Notes: generated by a model not told the origin, from the sequence alone. 64,000 nucleotides of DNA from an uncultured Bdellovibrio sp. (GCA_963932905.1 CAWVRN010000001.1:1-64000); one strand, 5' to 3'. Numbered from the stretch's first letter, positions 8,071-19,381 are shown. A program made the numbers and translations.

Positions 8071-8973
8071 CTATTTTACAGTAAAATTGCTGAGATAGCG
8101 CTTGGGCTTGCCCCAAACTGCAAAGTTCTTCTTGATATCAATGTAAGGGACTATGCGAATATATTCTTCCTTATTGTCGAACAGGATCGTCGAATATAGC
8201 CCTAAACCAACGGGAGTCAGTCGGAAATCAAGACCTCGATAGTCGTCAATCGCGGGGATATCGTCCGCTGTGAAATCCTCTTTTTTTGTGCGCGCCTTTA
8301 AGGCCGTATCAAAAATTACGGAAAAAACCCGATATTTAAAGTCTGCCGACTTAGCCATGTTGGCTTTGCAAGTGAAGGTAATTCCGTAGAATCGCTTTTT
8401 TAACATCAGCGCTTCAGTATCACATGACAGCTGATTCAATTCCGTTTTCATTTCGTCCGATCGATTCGATTTCAAGTAGTCGCACTCAAAATCTTTGAAC
8501 GTGTCCATAACTTCAGAGATCAGGAACGACACTTCTTTAAATAGGTAAATATCCTGCACACTGTTTAGGTCCACAAAACGGAACGAACATTTGTCGTTAT
8601 TATAAATTTGTTTTTTGAATTGTATGATTTCAATCGGCAGCTGTAATGGCTTTAGTTTTATGTTTTTAGCTTTGATTGAGTCTAGTTCTATGGATTCAAT
8701 TTTGCCGTCTGAAATTTTAATTGTGCCGCTGGATTTATCGCGATGATTAGATTCAAAAATATCAAATGTTCGAATCGTTCCCAGCAAAATTTCTTTTTTT
8801 AAAAAATAAGTATGATTCGCACCGACTTGGTATAGATACGAAGCGCCGCCAATTCCAGTATATAAATGATATTCTTTTTTATTGATGGTAGCAGTAAAAA
8901 AGTCTCCCAGCGCATGCGCTGAGAGACTGTAGATGAACATTAGAAAAAAGATCTTTTTAACCAAGCCAAACAC
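8071..8973 (-). CDS. Secreted hypothetical protein
   Basis: 300-aa ORF, signal peptide (AHA), start overlaps the lon stop. Confidence 0.7.
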   Translation of the reverse strand: MFGLVKKIFFLMFIYSLSAHALGDFFTATINKKEYHLYTGIGGASYLYQVGANHTYFLKKEILLGTIRTFDIFESNHRDKSSGTIKISDGKIESIELDSIKAKNIKLKPLQLPIEIIQFKKQIYNNDKCSFRFVDLNSVQDIYLFKEVSFLISEVMDTFKDFECDYLKSNRSDEMKTELNQLSCDTEALMLKKRFYGITFTCKANMAKSADFKYRVFSVIFDTALKARTKKEDFTADDIPAIDDYRGLDFRLTPVGLGLYSTILFDNKEEYIRIVPYIDIKKNFAVWGKPKRYLSNFTVK

Positions 8974-11453
8974 TAGTGATGAATGTGTAACGATTGACCC
9001 GTGTACTGAGCCTTCACGCCAATATCTGCTGATTTTTGCTGTTTGAAAAGTTCTTTTGGTTGCTTGATATCAAGTGCATTGATTAACACTTGATCCACAT
9101 GATCAACCAAGATCACTTTCAATTCACGAAGCACTTCTTTTGGAATGTCTTTTAAGTCTTTTTCGTTTTCTTTCGGGCAGATGATAGTTTTGATACCACC
9201 ACGATGAGCCGCTAGAACTTTTTCTTTCAAGCCACCAATCGCCATTACTTTACCACGAAGAGAAATTTCGCCCGTCATCGCTACCGTACGTTTTACTGGG
9301 ATCTTAGTGATCGCAGAAACGATACTTGTAGTTAACGCGATACCCGCCGATGGACCATCCTTAGGAACAGCGCCTTCTGGCAAATGGATATGTACGTCAA
9401 TATCAGCAAAGTATTCTTTCGCAAATCCAAACAAAGGACCGCGAGATCTTACATAGCTCATCGCTGCCGAACATGATTCTTTCATCACATCGCCTAGCTG
9501 ACCAGTCACTGTGAACTTGCCTTTACCAGGTACCACGCTCACTTCAACCGCAAGCAAATCGCCGCCGACTTCAGTCCAAGCCATACCGTTAGTTAAACCG
9601 ATTTCATTAGACTCTTCGATCTTACCAAATTTGAATTTGTGTGGACCAAGTAGTTCAACTAATTTCTTAGGAGTTACAACATATCCCGCAGCGGAAGATA
9701 CTTTCGCTGATTTCGTTGCGCCCGCTTTCTTTTTAGACGTTTTTTCCGCCTTCATTCCGCGCATGGCTTCTTCCATAACGATATCTTTAGCTACTTTACG
9801 AGCTACGTTTGCAAATTGCCTTTCTAGATTACGAACACCCGCTTCGCGTGTGTAGTAACGAATAACATTTCTGATCGTTGCATCTTGGATTGTTACCTTA
9901 TGGTCTTTTAATCCATGATTTTCAATTTGCTTAGGCACTAGATAGTTCTTCGCAATATGGAATTTTTCTTCCTCGATGTAACCTTCAAGGCTGATGACTT
10001 CCATACGATCAAGTAGCGGACGAGGAACTGTATGTAACGAGTTCGCTGTCGCGATAAACATCACTTTTGATAAATCGTATTCCACTTCTAAATAGTGATC
10101 TTGGAATGTGCTGTTTTGTTCAGGATCTAAAACTTCAAGCATCGCTGATGATGGATCACCGCGGAAGTCAGATGCCATCTTGTCGATTTCATCCAGTAAC
10201 AATAGCGCGTTTCCTTTTTCAACTTTTCTTAATGCTTGGATAATTTTACCCGGCATCGCACCTACGTATGTTTTTCTATGACCACGAATCTCGGCTTCAT
10301 CACGTACGCCGCCCAATGAAATGCGGGCGAACTGACGATTTAATGATGTCGCGATAGATCGAGCCAAAGATGTTTTACCAACCCCTGGAGGACCCACCAA
10401 GCACAAGATAGGACCCTTAAGAGTATTAGATAATGAAAGAACAGCTAGGTATTCTAGAATTCTCTCTTTAACTTTTTCTAAACCCCAGTGATCTTCATCC
10501 AAAACTTTTTGAGCTTTTTTAATGTCATGACTTTCTGTTGAATAATCCTGCCATGGTAATGACAAGATCCAGTCAATATAGTTACGAACCACTGTTGCTT
10601 CCGCAGACATGGGTGACATCATTTTAAGTTTTTTAACTTCTTTTAAAACTTTGTCTTTCGCTTCTTGAGTCATTTTCTTAGCTTTACATTTAGCTTCTAA
10701 CTCTTGAAGTTCGGCTTGATAGTCATCTTTATCACCCAATTCTTTTTGGATGGCCTGCATTTGTTCGTTCAAATAGTATTCTTTTTGAGAACGTTCCATT
10801 TGTTTTTTCACGCGTGTGCGGATTTTCTTTTCTACTTCTAGAATTTCGATCTCGCCTGTCATGATGTTCAATAAATGTTCTAAACGTTTTTCAGGTTCAA
10901 AAATTTCCAATACTTTTTGTTTGTCTTCAATTTTTAGATTCAATTGAGCGACGATGATGTCGGCTAGTTCGCCGGCACTCTCAATTGAAGTCACGCGCAT
11001 TAGAATTTCTGGAGGAATACGTTTGTTTAATTTTACGTACGTTTCAAACGTCGCTTTAACTGATCTCACAAGAGCCTGCGCTTCTACTTGTGATTCAACC
11101 TCTTCTGGAATCTCTTCGTATTTAACTACGAAAAAGTTTTCGTTATTTACGAAGTCTTTGATTTTTACACGACGTTTACCTTCCACAAGAACTTTTACAG
11201 TTCCGTCTGGAAGTTTTAATAATTGAATGATGGTACCAATTGTACCTACCGTGTAGATATCCTTGGCTTCTGGATTATTAGTTTTAGCGTCCTTTTGAGC
11301 TGCTAAAATAATATCTGATTGTTTACTAATTGCCTCTTCAAGAGCGTTGATACTTTTTTCCCGTCCAACAAATAAGGGCATCATTAAATGGGGAAATATA
11401 ATCAGGTCTCGCAGCGGTAATAAAGGCAATTCCATCGTCTTTTGTTCTGCCAT
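8973..11453 (-). CDS. lon: ATP-dependent protease Lon
   Basis: LPLLPLRD N-domain, GPPGVGKTS Walker A, PKDGPSAG catalytic Ser; AGGAGG RBS before MAEQK. Confidence 0.98.
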   Translation of the reverse strand: MAEQKTMELPLLPLRDLIIFPHLMMPLFVGREKSINALEEAISKQSDIILAAQKDAKTNNPEAKDIYTVGTIGTIIQLLKLPDGTVKVLVEGKRRVKIKDFVNNENFFVVKYEEIPEEVESQVEAQALVRSVKATFETYVKLNKRIPPEILMRVTSIESAGELADIIVAQLNLKIEDKQKVLEIFEPEKRLEHLLNIMTGEIEILEVEKKIRTRVKKQMERSQKEYYLNEQMQAIQKELGDKDDYQAELQELEAKCKAKKMTQEAKDKVLKEVKKLKMMSPMSAEATVVRNYIDWILSLPWQDYSTESHDIKKAQKVLDEDHWGLEKVKERILEYLAVLSLSNTLKGPILCLVGPPGVGKTSLARSIATSLNRQFARISLGGVRDEAEIRGHRKTYVGAMPGKIIQALRKVEKGNALLLLDEIDKMASDFRGDPSSAMLEVLDPEQNSTFQDHYLEVEYDLSKVMFIATANSLHTVPRPLLDRMEVISLEGYIEEEKFHIAKNYLVPKQIENHGLKDHKVTIQDATIRNVIRYYTREAGVRNLERQFANVARKVAKDIVMEEAMRGMKAEKTSKKKAGATKSAKVSSAAGYVVTPKKLVELLGPHKFKFGKIEESNEIGLTNGMAWTEVGGDLLAVEVSVVPGKGKFTVTGQLGDVMKESCSAAMSYVRSRGPLFGFAKEYFADIDVHIHLPEGAVPKDGPSAGIALTTSIVSAITKIPVKRTVAMTGEISLRGKVMAIGGLKEKVLAAHRGGIKTIICPKENEKDLKDIPKEVLRELKVILVDHVDQVLINALDIKQPKELFKQQKSADIGVKAQYTGQSLHIHH

Positions 11454-11559
11454 ACATCCTCCTGGCTCATGATCAGGACCCATATTGGGACCTAGATTAA
11501 GTATGAGGTGTTTCAGAGCTAAATCAAAGAAGTTTTTTTTTATTTATTTTATAAAATAA

Positions 11560-12876
11560 TTAACCCGCCATGGTAGCTTCGATGTCCTTAATTTCTTTCG
11601 GAGCGTTCGAAGTCAAGACGTCGTGTCCATTGGTAGTGATTAAAATATTATCTTCGATGCGAATGCCAATACCACGATACTCACTAGGCACATCTTTATC
11701 GCTTTCTGGTATGTACAATCCCGGTTCGATCGTAAAACACATTCCAGCTTCAATGGCACGTGGTTGACCGTTGACAAAATACAGTCCAGCGTCATGAACA
11801 TCTAGACCCAGCCAATGACCAATACCGTGAGGATAATATTTACGATGAGTATTAGAAGAAATTATATCGTCCTTGCGTCCAGATAGAAACCCTAGCTCAA
11901 GCATCACGTCCGTCAATAAAGATGCACCTTTTTCGTGCAAATCTTTAAAGAAAACTCCTGGTTTTAAATCAGAAATTAATTCTTTTTCGATATCCAGAAC
12001 ATGCTGGTACACGCGTGCTTGCACTGTGCTAAAACGACCGTTAATTGGAAATGTACGCGTGATATCACCAGTGTAATAATTGTATTCTGTGCCCGAATCA
12101 ATCAGCAATAAATCACCATCACGACAAACTTGATCGTTAAAATTATAGTGCAATGTCGTTCCGTTGTTACCAGCGGCCACGATTGGGTGATACCCTTCGC
12201 GTGGGGAGCCTTGCATTAAATAATAATTAGTCATCAACGCCTGAACTTGGCGTTCAGTCATACCTGGTTTCACAGATCGCATCGCTAATTTGTGGCCTTC
12301 CGCTGAAATCATGCACGCGCGCCGTTGATTTTCAATCTCGGCATCAGTTTTAATCAGACGAAACTCGCCTAAAAACACATCTGCATCGTGTATAGGCAGC
12401 AGTCCATAACCTGATCGAGGAGATGATTTACGTACATTATCTAAAGCCGCCAGAAATGTTTTATCAAATTCGGGGTTTTTTAACAGACGGTAATATACAG
12501 ACTCATAACCCTTCATTAATTTTGGGAATTGGTCGTGAAATTCGTCGATAGGGAAACATTTATCTACACCAAAAGCTTCTTGAGCCATCTCGGGACCGTA
12601 ACGAAAACCATCCCATGTTTCGCGCTCAACGTTTTTTCGTCGGACAAACAAAACACTTTCAGGAAATGAGCCCGGCTTTAGAACCAAGATGGATTCTGGT
12701 TCTTCAAAACCAGTTAGATAATACATATTTGAATCTTGGCGATATGGGAAATGTACATCGTGATTTCGAATTTGTTCCGGGTGAGCCGCCACAACCATGG
12801 CGTTGTTATTTAATTTTTTTAAAACGGCTTCACGACGTTTCTTAAAGATAGCTATGTCTTCTAGAGGTTTTCTCAT
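11560..12876 (-). CDS. pepP: Xaa-Pro aminopeptidase
   Basis: YRQDSNMYYLTGFEEPES, DITRTFP, HGIGHWLGLDVHD, TIEPGLY, GIRIED. Confidence 0.95.
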   Translation of the reverse strand: MRKPLEDIAIFKKRREAVLKKLNNNAMVVAAHPEQIRNHDVHFPYRQDSNMYYLTGFEEPESILVLKPGSFPESVLFVRRKNVERETWDGFRYGPEMAQEAFGVDKCFPIDEFHDQFPKLMKGYESVYYRLLKNPEFDKTFLAALDNVRKSSPRSGYGLLPIHDADVFLGEFRLIKTDAEIENQRRACMISAEGHKLAMRSVKPGMTERQVQALMTNYYLMQGSPREGYHPIVAAGNNGTTLHYNFNDQVCRDGDLLLIDSGTEYNYYTGDITRTFPINGRFSTVQARVYQHVLDIEKELISDLKPGVFFKDLHEKGASLLTDVMLELGFLSGRKDDIISSNTHRKYYPHGIGHWLGLDVHDAGLYFVNGQPRAIEAGMCFTIEPGLYIPESDKDVPSEYRGIGIRIEDNILITTNGHDVLTSNAPKEIKDIEATMAG

Positions 12877-13889
12877 AATCCTAATTTCTCCGCTAGGCTT
12901 CTGACAGCTCGGTTTGCTTGACTAGAGCCTTTCTGCATCATATCGCGTTTATTTTCAAAGTCTAGAACGCTATAGGAGTCTAGGTTTATGGTGATTGTAT
13001 GATCGACGTGAGCACTTTCTTTAACCATTTGACTCGAAATTTCTGCCCATACTAAATTCTCGACTGAATCGGATTCGTTAATTGGGGTTTTAAATGCACT
13101 GCCGCCCAAAACGTTTATTAAAACGATATAATTTGCGCCTTGTTTACGTAGATGATCAGCTAGTGCTTTCAGCTCACGGACCGCACTAATATTTTTTTGA
13201 TAGGGTTTAAACAATGGTGGGTAAGGAATACAGTACGGCAGAAGCGCTTCAATATTACCGCGATTCATTACATACATTTTATTTTTTTCTAGATTCAATG
13301 CGGGACACGCGAATGGTTTTTTAAAATCTTCAGCTTTTAAATTATGAAGTGCCGATTTCACGATACTTTGAATGACATCAAAATCACCGGCACGTTTGCT
13401 TGAAATCAAACCCTTTTTGATAATATCTTCGCTTTTGATTTTGAACATCTGCCATTCCATATCGTTGGCCGAACCACGCCATGCATACAAACTTGCCGCT
13501 AATGCACCCATTTCAATACCGGCTACGTTGTATATCGGAATTTTATTTTTCTGGAATTCTTGTAGGACACCGATTTGGCCAAACACTTTTCCGCCACCTG
13601 GGCCAAAGATAACACCCACTTTAGGTAGCCGAGGTACTGGTTTTGGCGGTCTGTTATCAGATTCGACTTCATCAGGAGCCATGTTGTCGTCAACAACAGG
13701 TCTATTGTCTTCAGCTTCAGCTGGTGGTTGAGTCGTAGTAGTTGGTGGTGTTGATGTTGAATCTTTTGGTCTGGTTGCGTTTGGGCGGTCCGTTTCAGGG
13801 CGAGATGGCGTCGGAGCAGAGTCTCTTTTGTGCAGTGGGGTCTGGCAACCAATCGCTCCAACTAAAAATATCAAGATAAGTAACTTCAT
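12873..13889 (-). CDS. Patatin-like lipoprotein, probably catalytically inactive
   Basis: Lipobox AIGC, Pro/Thr linker, FGPGGGK oxyanion loop, GIEMG in place of GxSxG. Confidence 0.7.
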   Translation of the reverse strand: MKLLILIFLVGAIGCQTPLHKRDSAPTPSRPETDRPNATRPKDSTSTPPTTTTQPPAEAEDNRPVVDDNMAPDEVESDNRPPKPVPRLPKVGVIFGPGGGKVFGQIGVLQEFQKNKIPIYNVAGIEMGALAASLYAWRGSANDMEWQMFKIKSEDIIKKGLISSKRAGDFDVIQSIVKSALHNLKAEDFKKPFACPALNLEKNKMYVMNRGNIEALLPYCIPYPPLFKPYQKNISAVRELKALADHLRKQGANYIVLINVLGGSAFKTPINESDSVENLVWAEISSQMVKESAHVDHTITINLDSYSVLDFENKRDMMQKGSSQANRAVRSLAEKLGL

Positions 13890-13933
13890 TTTTGTCTCCC
13901 TAAGGTCACGTGTCAGATGGCCTCGAAAGAATT

Positions 13934-14698
13934 CTAACTGCTATTTTTTCCAAGCAAAAGGAAAAACTCTTTGTTTCCGTCTTTTCCTTCTATGGGTGAA
14001 GAAAAATATTTTTTAATTTTGAATCCTAGATCTTGGGCACTGCTTAACATATTTTTTTCTAGAGTTTGATAGAGCGACGTATCTTTAACGATCCCATTTT
14101 CATTCAGAGCGTCAGGACCTAATTCAAATTGCGGTTTTATCAATACTAATAAATCGCCATCATCCGTTAACAACGGTTTCAGCTGAGGCAAAATCAGCTT
14201 AACGCTAATAAATGAAACATCCATACAAATGAAATCAAATCCATTTTTTGGAACTAACGCCATAAATTCAGCATGTTGATCCAAAGCCCGCGCATTTACT
14301 TTCTCTAGCAATTTAAATCGTTTATTTTCTTTGATCGCTGAATGGGTTTGATCTTGTCCCACATCAATTCCTAGGACAGATTCAGCGCCGTTTTGCAAAA
14401 GAAAGTCAGAAAAACCGCCTGTGGAAACGCCAACGTCAAGGCAGTTTTTGTTTTCAAATTTAAGGTTTAAATCACCAGCTGCGCCTTTAATCTTATGTCC
14501 CGCACGAGAAACAAATTCAGTAGCGAAACCTGACAAGACTTCGAAAATAACTTCTTCGGAATAGTCTTCACTTGGTTTTGTTACAGTTTTCTTTTTTCCA
14601 TCGATCACCACAGTGACCTGTCCCGCCTTGATCATTTCTTGGGCGCGGGTTCGAGTCGTAGCTAGATTTTTTTTGACTAAAAGTAGATCGACTCGCAT
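13934..14698 (-). CDS. tlyA: TlyA family rRNA methyltransferase
   Basis: S4 domain, VSRAGHK, LDVGVSTGGFSD, DVSFIS, KPQFE, GKDGNKEF. Confidence 0.93.
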   Translation of the reverse strand: MRVDLLLVKKNLATTRTRAQEMIKAGQVTVVIDGKKKTVTKPSEDYSEEVIFEVLSGFATEFVSRAGHKIKGAAGDLNLKFENKNCLDVGVSTGGFSDFLLQNGAESVLGIDVGQDQTHSAIKENKRFKLLEKVNARALDQHAEFMALVPKNGFDFICMDVSFISVKLILPQLKPLLTDDGDLLVLIKPQFELGPDALNENGIVKDTSLYQTLEKNMLSSAQDLGFKIKKYFSSPIEGKDGNKEFFLLLGKNSS

Positions 14699-14701
14699 GA
14701 A

Positions 14702-15664
14702 TTATTTTTCGCGTGTTATGTTCCACTCAAGAAATTGCAGCAAATGCTGATTTTTTTCCGGTGAAATTTGTAGCAACTGACTTAGAGACGTAATTTTTGT
14801 AGCTATCTGAGTGTGAATTTGCTTTAGGAATGCATCCAGCTTATCCACCGTTTTAAAATGGTGAATCAGATTCTTTCTAGAATCGTTGTCTTGTTCACTA
14901 TCTAAAATATCGTCTTTTACTTGGAATGCGTATCCCAGCAGCAAGCCGACTTCTTTCATTGATTTTAACTGATCATCGGAAAGTTTTTTTATCAATGCGG
15001 GGCCCATCAATGCACCGGTAATCAGCGCTCCCGTTTTTAACAAATGAATTTGATTCAAATGGGCTGGTGTTGCTGAAATTTTCCCAGAATCTAGGGTGAT
15101 ATCAAAATACTGTCCAAGAATCATCCCATTTAAACCGGACGACCAGGCCAACTGCTGAACCAACAATGATAAATTTGAACCCACACTGGAATAGTGTTTG
15201 GCAAGTACACCAAAGGCTTCCGTAAGCAATGAATCACCCGCCAATAAAGCAATCGCATCACCATATACTTTGTGATTTGTAGGCTTTCCACGGCGGAAAT
15301 TATCGTTATCCATACATGGCAAATCATCATGAATTAACGAATAAGTATGAATCATCTCTATCGCCATTGCCCAAGGAAATACAGATTCTATAGCAACATC
15401 TAGGTACTGTGCGCCGGCAAAACCGAGAAGTGGACGAAAACGCTTTCCGCCAGAGAAGTACGAATATTCAATACTTTCAAATTGGGAATTATAAACAGAT
15501 AGATCACCCGCAGCGCCGCCAGATTGAGGCAGCGAGAGCTTTTGAATTTTATCGATGGTTGTAGTCGCGCCCGCAACTGACTGAGCCGTTTCACGAAACA
15601 GCTGCTGAAATTCCGCTCGACAAAATGCCTCGAAAGATTCTTGTTCTCTCGAATATAAATTCAT
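14702..15664 (-). CDS. ispA: Polyprenyl (farnesyl) diphosphate synthase
   Basis: GGKRFRP, HTYSLIHDDLPCMD..RRG, FQVKDDILD. Confidence 0.92.
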   Translation of the reverse strand: MNLYSREQESFEAFCRAEFQQLFRETAQSVAGATTTIDKIQKLSLPQSGGAAGDLSVYNSQFESIEYSYFSGGKRFRPLLGFAGAQYLDVAIESVFPWAMAIEMIHTYSLIHDDLPCMDNDNFRRGKPTNHKVYGDAIALLAGDSLLTEAFGVLAKHYSSVGSNLSLLVQQLAWSSGLNGMILGQYFDITLDSGKISATPAHLNQIHLLKTGALITGALMGPALIKKLSDDQLKSMKEVGLLLGYAFQVKDDILDSEQDNDSRKNLIHHFKTVDKLDAFLKQIHTQIATKITSLSQLLQISPEKNQHLLQFLEWNITREK

Positions 15665-15666
15665 TT

Positions 15667-15891
15667 TTAGTTGTCTTCGCTTGAAAATGGAACAGTGACT
15701 GGATTACCGTCTTTATCGATGCTCATTAGTTTTTTAACTTTAAGCTCGGCTTCAGTTAATTTAGCATTGCATTCACGAGATAGCTTTACGCCTTCTTCGA
15801 AAAATTTTAATGACTCTTCTAAACTGACATCGCCTTTTTCCATTTTACCAACGATTTCTTCTAGACGACTTAATTTTTTTTCAAAATCCAT
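15667..15891 (-). CDS. xseB: Exodeoxyribonuclease VII small subunit
   Basis: FEKKLSRLEEIVGKMEKGDVSLEESLKFFEEG; next to xseA. Confidence 0.95.
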   Translation of the reverse strand: MDFEKKLSRLEEIVGKMEKGDVSLEESLKFFEEGVKLSRECNAKLTEAELKVKKLMSIDKDGNPVTVPFSSEDN

Positions 15892-15894
15892 ACT

Positions 15895-17277
15895 CTATCC
15901 TTTTTTTTCAATATCACTCATTTTAATTTCTACAGAACCTTTGCCAAAACGAATTCCCAATGGCTTCTTTGCATCGACATCCGCTGCGGCACGAACGACA
16001 CGGTCACCTTGAGTCACAATGGCATAACCACGATCTAATACCTTTAATGGGCTAATCGAATCTAATACCGCCATACGACTTTCTAGTTTATGGCGAGACA
16101 CATCCATTTTCTTTAACATCGCAGTATAAAGTTCTTTGGTACGATGGCTGATTTCACGACGAACCATATTCATCATCACTTCAGGATGCGGCATTTTTTC
16201 CGACAAGACTTCTAGTTTATGACGATGGCGCAAGAACAGTGTATCCATAGCCGATTGCAAACGATTCAGCAATTCATCATTTCTTAACGATAAATCTTGA
16301 AGATTTTTTTGTGGATCTACTAGACGCAGTTTCAAAGTTTCTAGTCTAGACTTTAGATCTTTCAGCTTGTGAGAAAAAGATGAATTCAATTTGTGACTTA
16401 AGTGGCCGAGACGCTGTGCTAACTCTTTAGAACTTTTTGCGACAAGTTCTGCTGCCGCCGAAGGCGTTGGTGCACGTAAATCAGCTACGAAGTCAGAGAT
16501 TGTAAAATCAATTTCGTGTCCAATCGCGGAAATCGTTGGAACTGGGGATTGGGCGATTAAACGAACTAATCGTTCATCATTAAAGGCCCACAGATCCTCG
16601 ATCGATCCACCACCACGAGCTAGTACAATGATATCCACGTTAGGAAGTTTCCATGCCATCTGCAACGCTTCCATGATTTTCTCCGGAGCACCGTCACCTT
16701 GAACTAAAGTAGGAATTAATGTGACATCCAAAAATGGCGCCCGACGAGTTACGATTTGAATAAAATCTTGGATCGCCGCCCCTGTCGGAGAACTGATAAC
16801 TACGATTTTATTTGGGTGCAAAGGAATCGGACGTTTGCGAGCGGGTTCAAACAAACCTTCGGCTTTTAGTTTTGTTTTCAAATCTTCAAACGCTTTTTGT
16901 AAAGCGCCGGCACCCACTGGCTCCATATGCTCGCACAAAATTTGGTAACTGCCGCGTGGTTCATAAACACTGATACGGCCTTTAACTAAAACTTCTAACC
17001 CGTCATGAACTTTGAATTTAATTTTTGAATTAAACCCACGGAACATGACGGCAGAAATCTGTGATTTAGCATCTTTTAAAGAAAAATAAAAATGTCCCGA
17101 CGTATGCGCTTTAAAGTTTGAAATTTCACCGCGAAGCCAAATCGAAATCATTTGACCTTCAAGCAGTTGCTTAACGCGCAAATTGAGCTGTTCGACAGTC
17201 AAAACGGTCGCTTCCGTTTGCTGAGTTTGCATCAAATTATTTTGGTTACTTAAAGAGATGTTGACGTCGTTTGCCAT
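15895..17277 (-). CDS. xseA: Exodeoxyribonuclease VII large subunit
   Basis: GEISNF..SGHFYFSLKD, RGGGSIEDLWAFN, GHEIDFT, RAPTPSAAAE. Confidence 0.97.
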   Translation of the reverse strand: MANDVNISLSNQNNLMQTQQTEATVLTVEQLNLRVKQLLEGQMISIWLRGEISNFKAHTSGHFYFSLKDAKSQISAVMFRGFNSKIKFKVHDGLEVLVKGRISVYEPRGSYQILCEHMEPVGAGALQKAFEDLKTKLKAEGLFEPARKRPIPLHPNKIVVISSPTGAAIQDFIQIVTRRAPFLDVTLIPTLVQGDGAPEKIMEALQMAWKLPNVDIIVLARGGGSIEDLWAFNDERLVRLIAQSPVPTISAIGHEIDFTISDFVADLRAPTPSAAAELVAKSSKELAQRLGHLSHKLNSSFSHKLKDLKSRLETLKLRLVDPQKNLQDLSLRNDELLNRLQSAMDTLFLRHRHKLEVLSEKMPHPEVMMNMVRREISHRTKELYTAMLKKMDVSRHKLESRMAVLDSISPLKVLDRGYAIVTQGDRVVRAAADVDAKKPLGIRFGKGSVEIKMSDIEKKG

Positions 17278-17334
17278 TAGACGACGACAGTAATCGGCAA
17301 CTTATCTGCTGTCAATGTAAGGAGTCGAACTTAG

Positions 17335-17550
17335 TTAGGAAATAATTAAATTTTGAACCGACCACAGGCCGCCGGCGAAAAAACAAATCCACGCCAAAGG
17401 CGCATGGGACTTTAATTGCAAGATAAATAAATTTGACTGATGAGAATCAGCTAATCGGCGTAAAAATGGACCCTCTACCGCTAAAAGGACGATAAATCCA
17501 TAGAAAAATACGACGAATGGGAAATAGTAATCTAATAGAATCAAATTCAT
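17335..17550 (-). CDS. Small membrane protein
   Basis: 71 aa with two hydrophobic segments. Confidence 0.55.
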   Translation of the reverse strand: MNLILLDYYFPFVVFFYGFIVLLAVEGPFLRRLADSHQSNLFILQLKSHAPLAWICFFAGGLWSVQNLIIS

Positions 17551-17628
17551 ACGGTTTATTCGGTAAAATATTATTTCTTTAGAGTCCTGATTGATTGAAA
17601 ATTTTCAAAAAGTGCGCTATATTTATTA

Positions 17629-17799
17629 AAAGGTTCGACGGCGTAAAGCTCATCGAAAATAAACCTTACAAGCAAAGAATTAGGGGACTGTCCCTGACAA
17701 TGGTGTGCATGCCCAGCTCGTACTGGGAAGCCTAAAGTTGTTACCATGGTCACCCACTTTAACATTGAGGTTTAGTTTCAGAGTTGTCTTCGGGCCTTT
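17629..17799 (+). ncRNA. ssrS: 6S RNA (ends approximate)
   Basis: GGTGTGCATGCCCAG..CTGGGAAGCCTAAA resembles the conserved 6S 3' strand; closing stem aaggttcga/tcgggcctt plus T-run; TTGAAA-17-TATATT promoter at 17595-17623. Confidence 0.75.
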
Positions 17800-17961
17800 T
17801 TTTGTTTTGGACACACCTAGGGATAGGCGTCCAGCCTATTTGGACCGGCCAGATCCTAATCTAGCTCGTCAGAATCTTTCATTTTTCGTCAAAAATAAAA
17901 ACGGCCTTCCTTTTTGGGGAAGACCGCAATTCTTATCTTTAAACTAACGTTCTTTTATAAA

Positions 17962-18966
17962 TTAGTTTTTCATTTTAAGTTTTTTGCTAGCTACTTTGTC
18001 CAAAGCAATACGTGCTTGGATACCAACGCGCGTGTCGTTTGGCTGTCCGTTTTCGTTTTTACGGAAACGAACTTCTGGAGCGATTACTAACCAAGAATTA
18101 ACTGGTAAGTTGTACGCAAGAGCCAATTCTTTGGCTTGTTTATCAAGGTATTGGTATTCAACAACAACTGCACCACGGCCAAGTTGGTAAGATCCACCGA
18201 TTTGTCCACCAAACTTAGTGTTAGGCATAGATGGGTTATTGTCGAACACAAGTCCTTCAGCCCATACTTTGTATTTACCTTGGTCACCAGTGTACACGAA
18301 ACCTAAGCTACCGCGAGTTTCTTTATCAGTTGTGTTTGCATTTTCTTTGATCAATGCAGACGCTTGTAATTTCAACTGTTCAGACAACGCTTTGGAAACT
18401 TTAATCGATACACCTTTTTCGTCAGCCACTTTGAAATCGCCAGCACCATTTTCGTACATGCTGATCGCTACTGAATCTACCACTTTCAAGAAGTTAGCTG
18501 GTAGAGTTACAGTCAAACCAATCATTTCACGTTCTGCACTTAAGTTGTAAAGCAAGTTATCACGGAACATCGGAAGCTCAGACAATGCTTGACCGAAAGC
18601 CATTGTTTGTTTACCGGCAGTGATGATTGCGCGTGGAAGACCGCTGATTTTATCCGTTTCGATTTGGATGTAAGCTTCTTCTACTAATTTTTCGATTTCA
18701 ACACGTTGCCAGTCTTTCGATTTACCGCTTTCAACTACAGTTTGCTCTAAACGAGCTTTTACTACAGCTTTGATACCTTCTCTCATTAGAACTTCAAATC
18801 TTAAGTCAAGATTTGTTCTCAATGATGCTTCATAATCTGCTACTTTAGATGCCGTTGTATCAACAGTGGCATCTGCGCCAACGCGTAACCAAGGTGTTAC
18901 TTGCGTATCAGCCAAAGAAAACCCCGCACTCAAAACGAGTGATAAAACCAATTTAGTTGCTTTCAT
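17962..18966 (-). CDS. Probable outer-membrane beta-barrel (porin-like) protein
   Basis: Signal peptide, alternating amphipathic strands, GAGGAG RBS, hairpin downstream (17900-17927). Confidence 0.6.
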   Translation of the reverse strand: MKATKLVLSLVLSAGFSLADTQVTPWLRVGADATVDTTASKVADYEASLRTNLDLRFEVLMREGIKAVVKARLEQTVVESGKSKDWQRVEIEKLVEEAYIQIETDKISGLPRAIITAGKQTMAFGQALSELPMFRDNLLYNLSAEREMIGLTVTLPANFLKVVDSVAISMYENGAGDFKVADEKGVSIKVSKALSEQLKLQASALIKENANTTDKETRGSLGFVYTGDQGKYKVWAEGLVFDNNPSMPNTKFGGQIGGSYQLGRGAVVVEYQYLDKQAKELALAYNLPVNSWLVIAPEVRFRKNENGQPNDTRVGIQARIALDKVASKKLKMKN

Positions 18967-19042
18967 TTTTTTCTCCTCATGTGTTTTTTTTTCGGATGCG
19001 TTAAGGAGGCCCCCTCATAATCATCACGGGTTTTTCCTATGA

Positions 19043-19058
19043 TCAATGAACGTGCCAG
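19043..19058 (-). promoter_or_regulatory. Sigma54-like promoter with variant -12
   Basis: CTGGCACGTTCATTGA (GG-N10-GA). Confidence 0.45.
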
Positions 19059-19381
19059 AATTTATTCGAGCGAAAAAAAAACAAAGTGACAACTTTAGCG
19101 CAGGGAAATCTGTTTTTAATTAACGACTCGTGAAAAAATTTTAGAAACCCTGTTTACGCCGAAATTTGTCGTATAAAATTTCTAAACGCACAGAATCAAT
19201 TGATAGATAAGAAAACAATCTTGAATACTTAGCAGTTTGTCACCGCTGTCTCGCAAATAGTCACCGCGAAAAACGTGTACGGGCTGTAATTTCGATGTCA
19301 GATAAAAATCGCAATTTTTTTTTTGGATTTGTTTTTGCTCTTCCACTTTTGAGTAAAAAGCAAAAAGAAAAAGGGGAACGT

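Noticed and set aside
17571..17947. ORFs 17571-17765 and 17705-17947
   Set aside because: They overlap the 6S RNA and a terminator and have no protein features.
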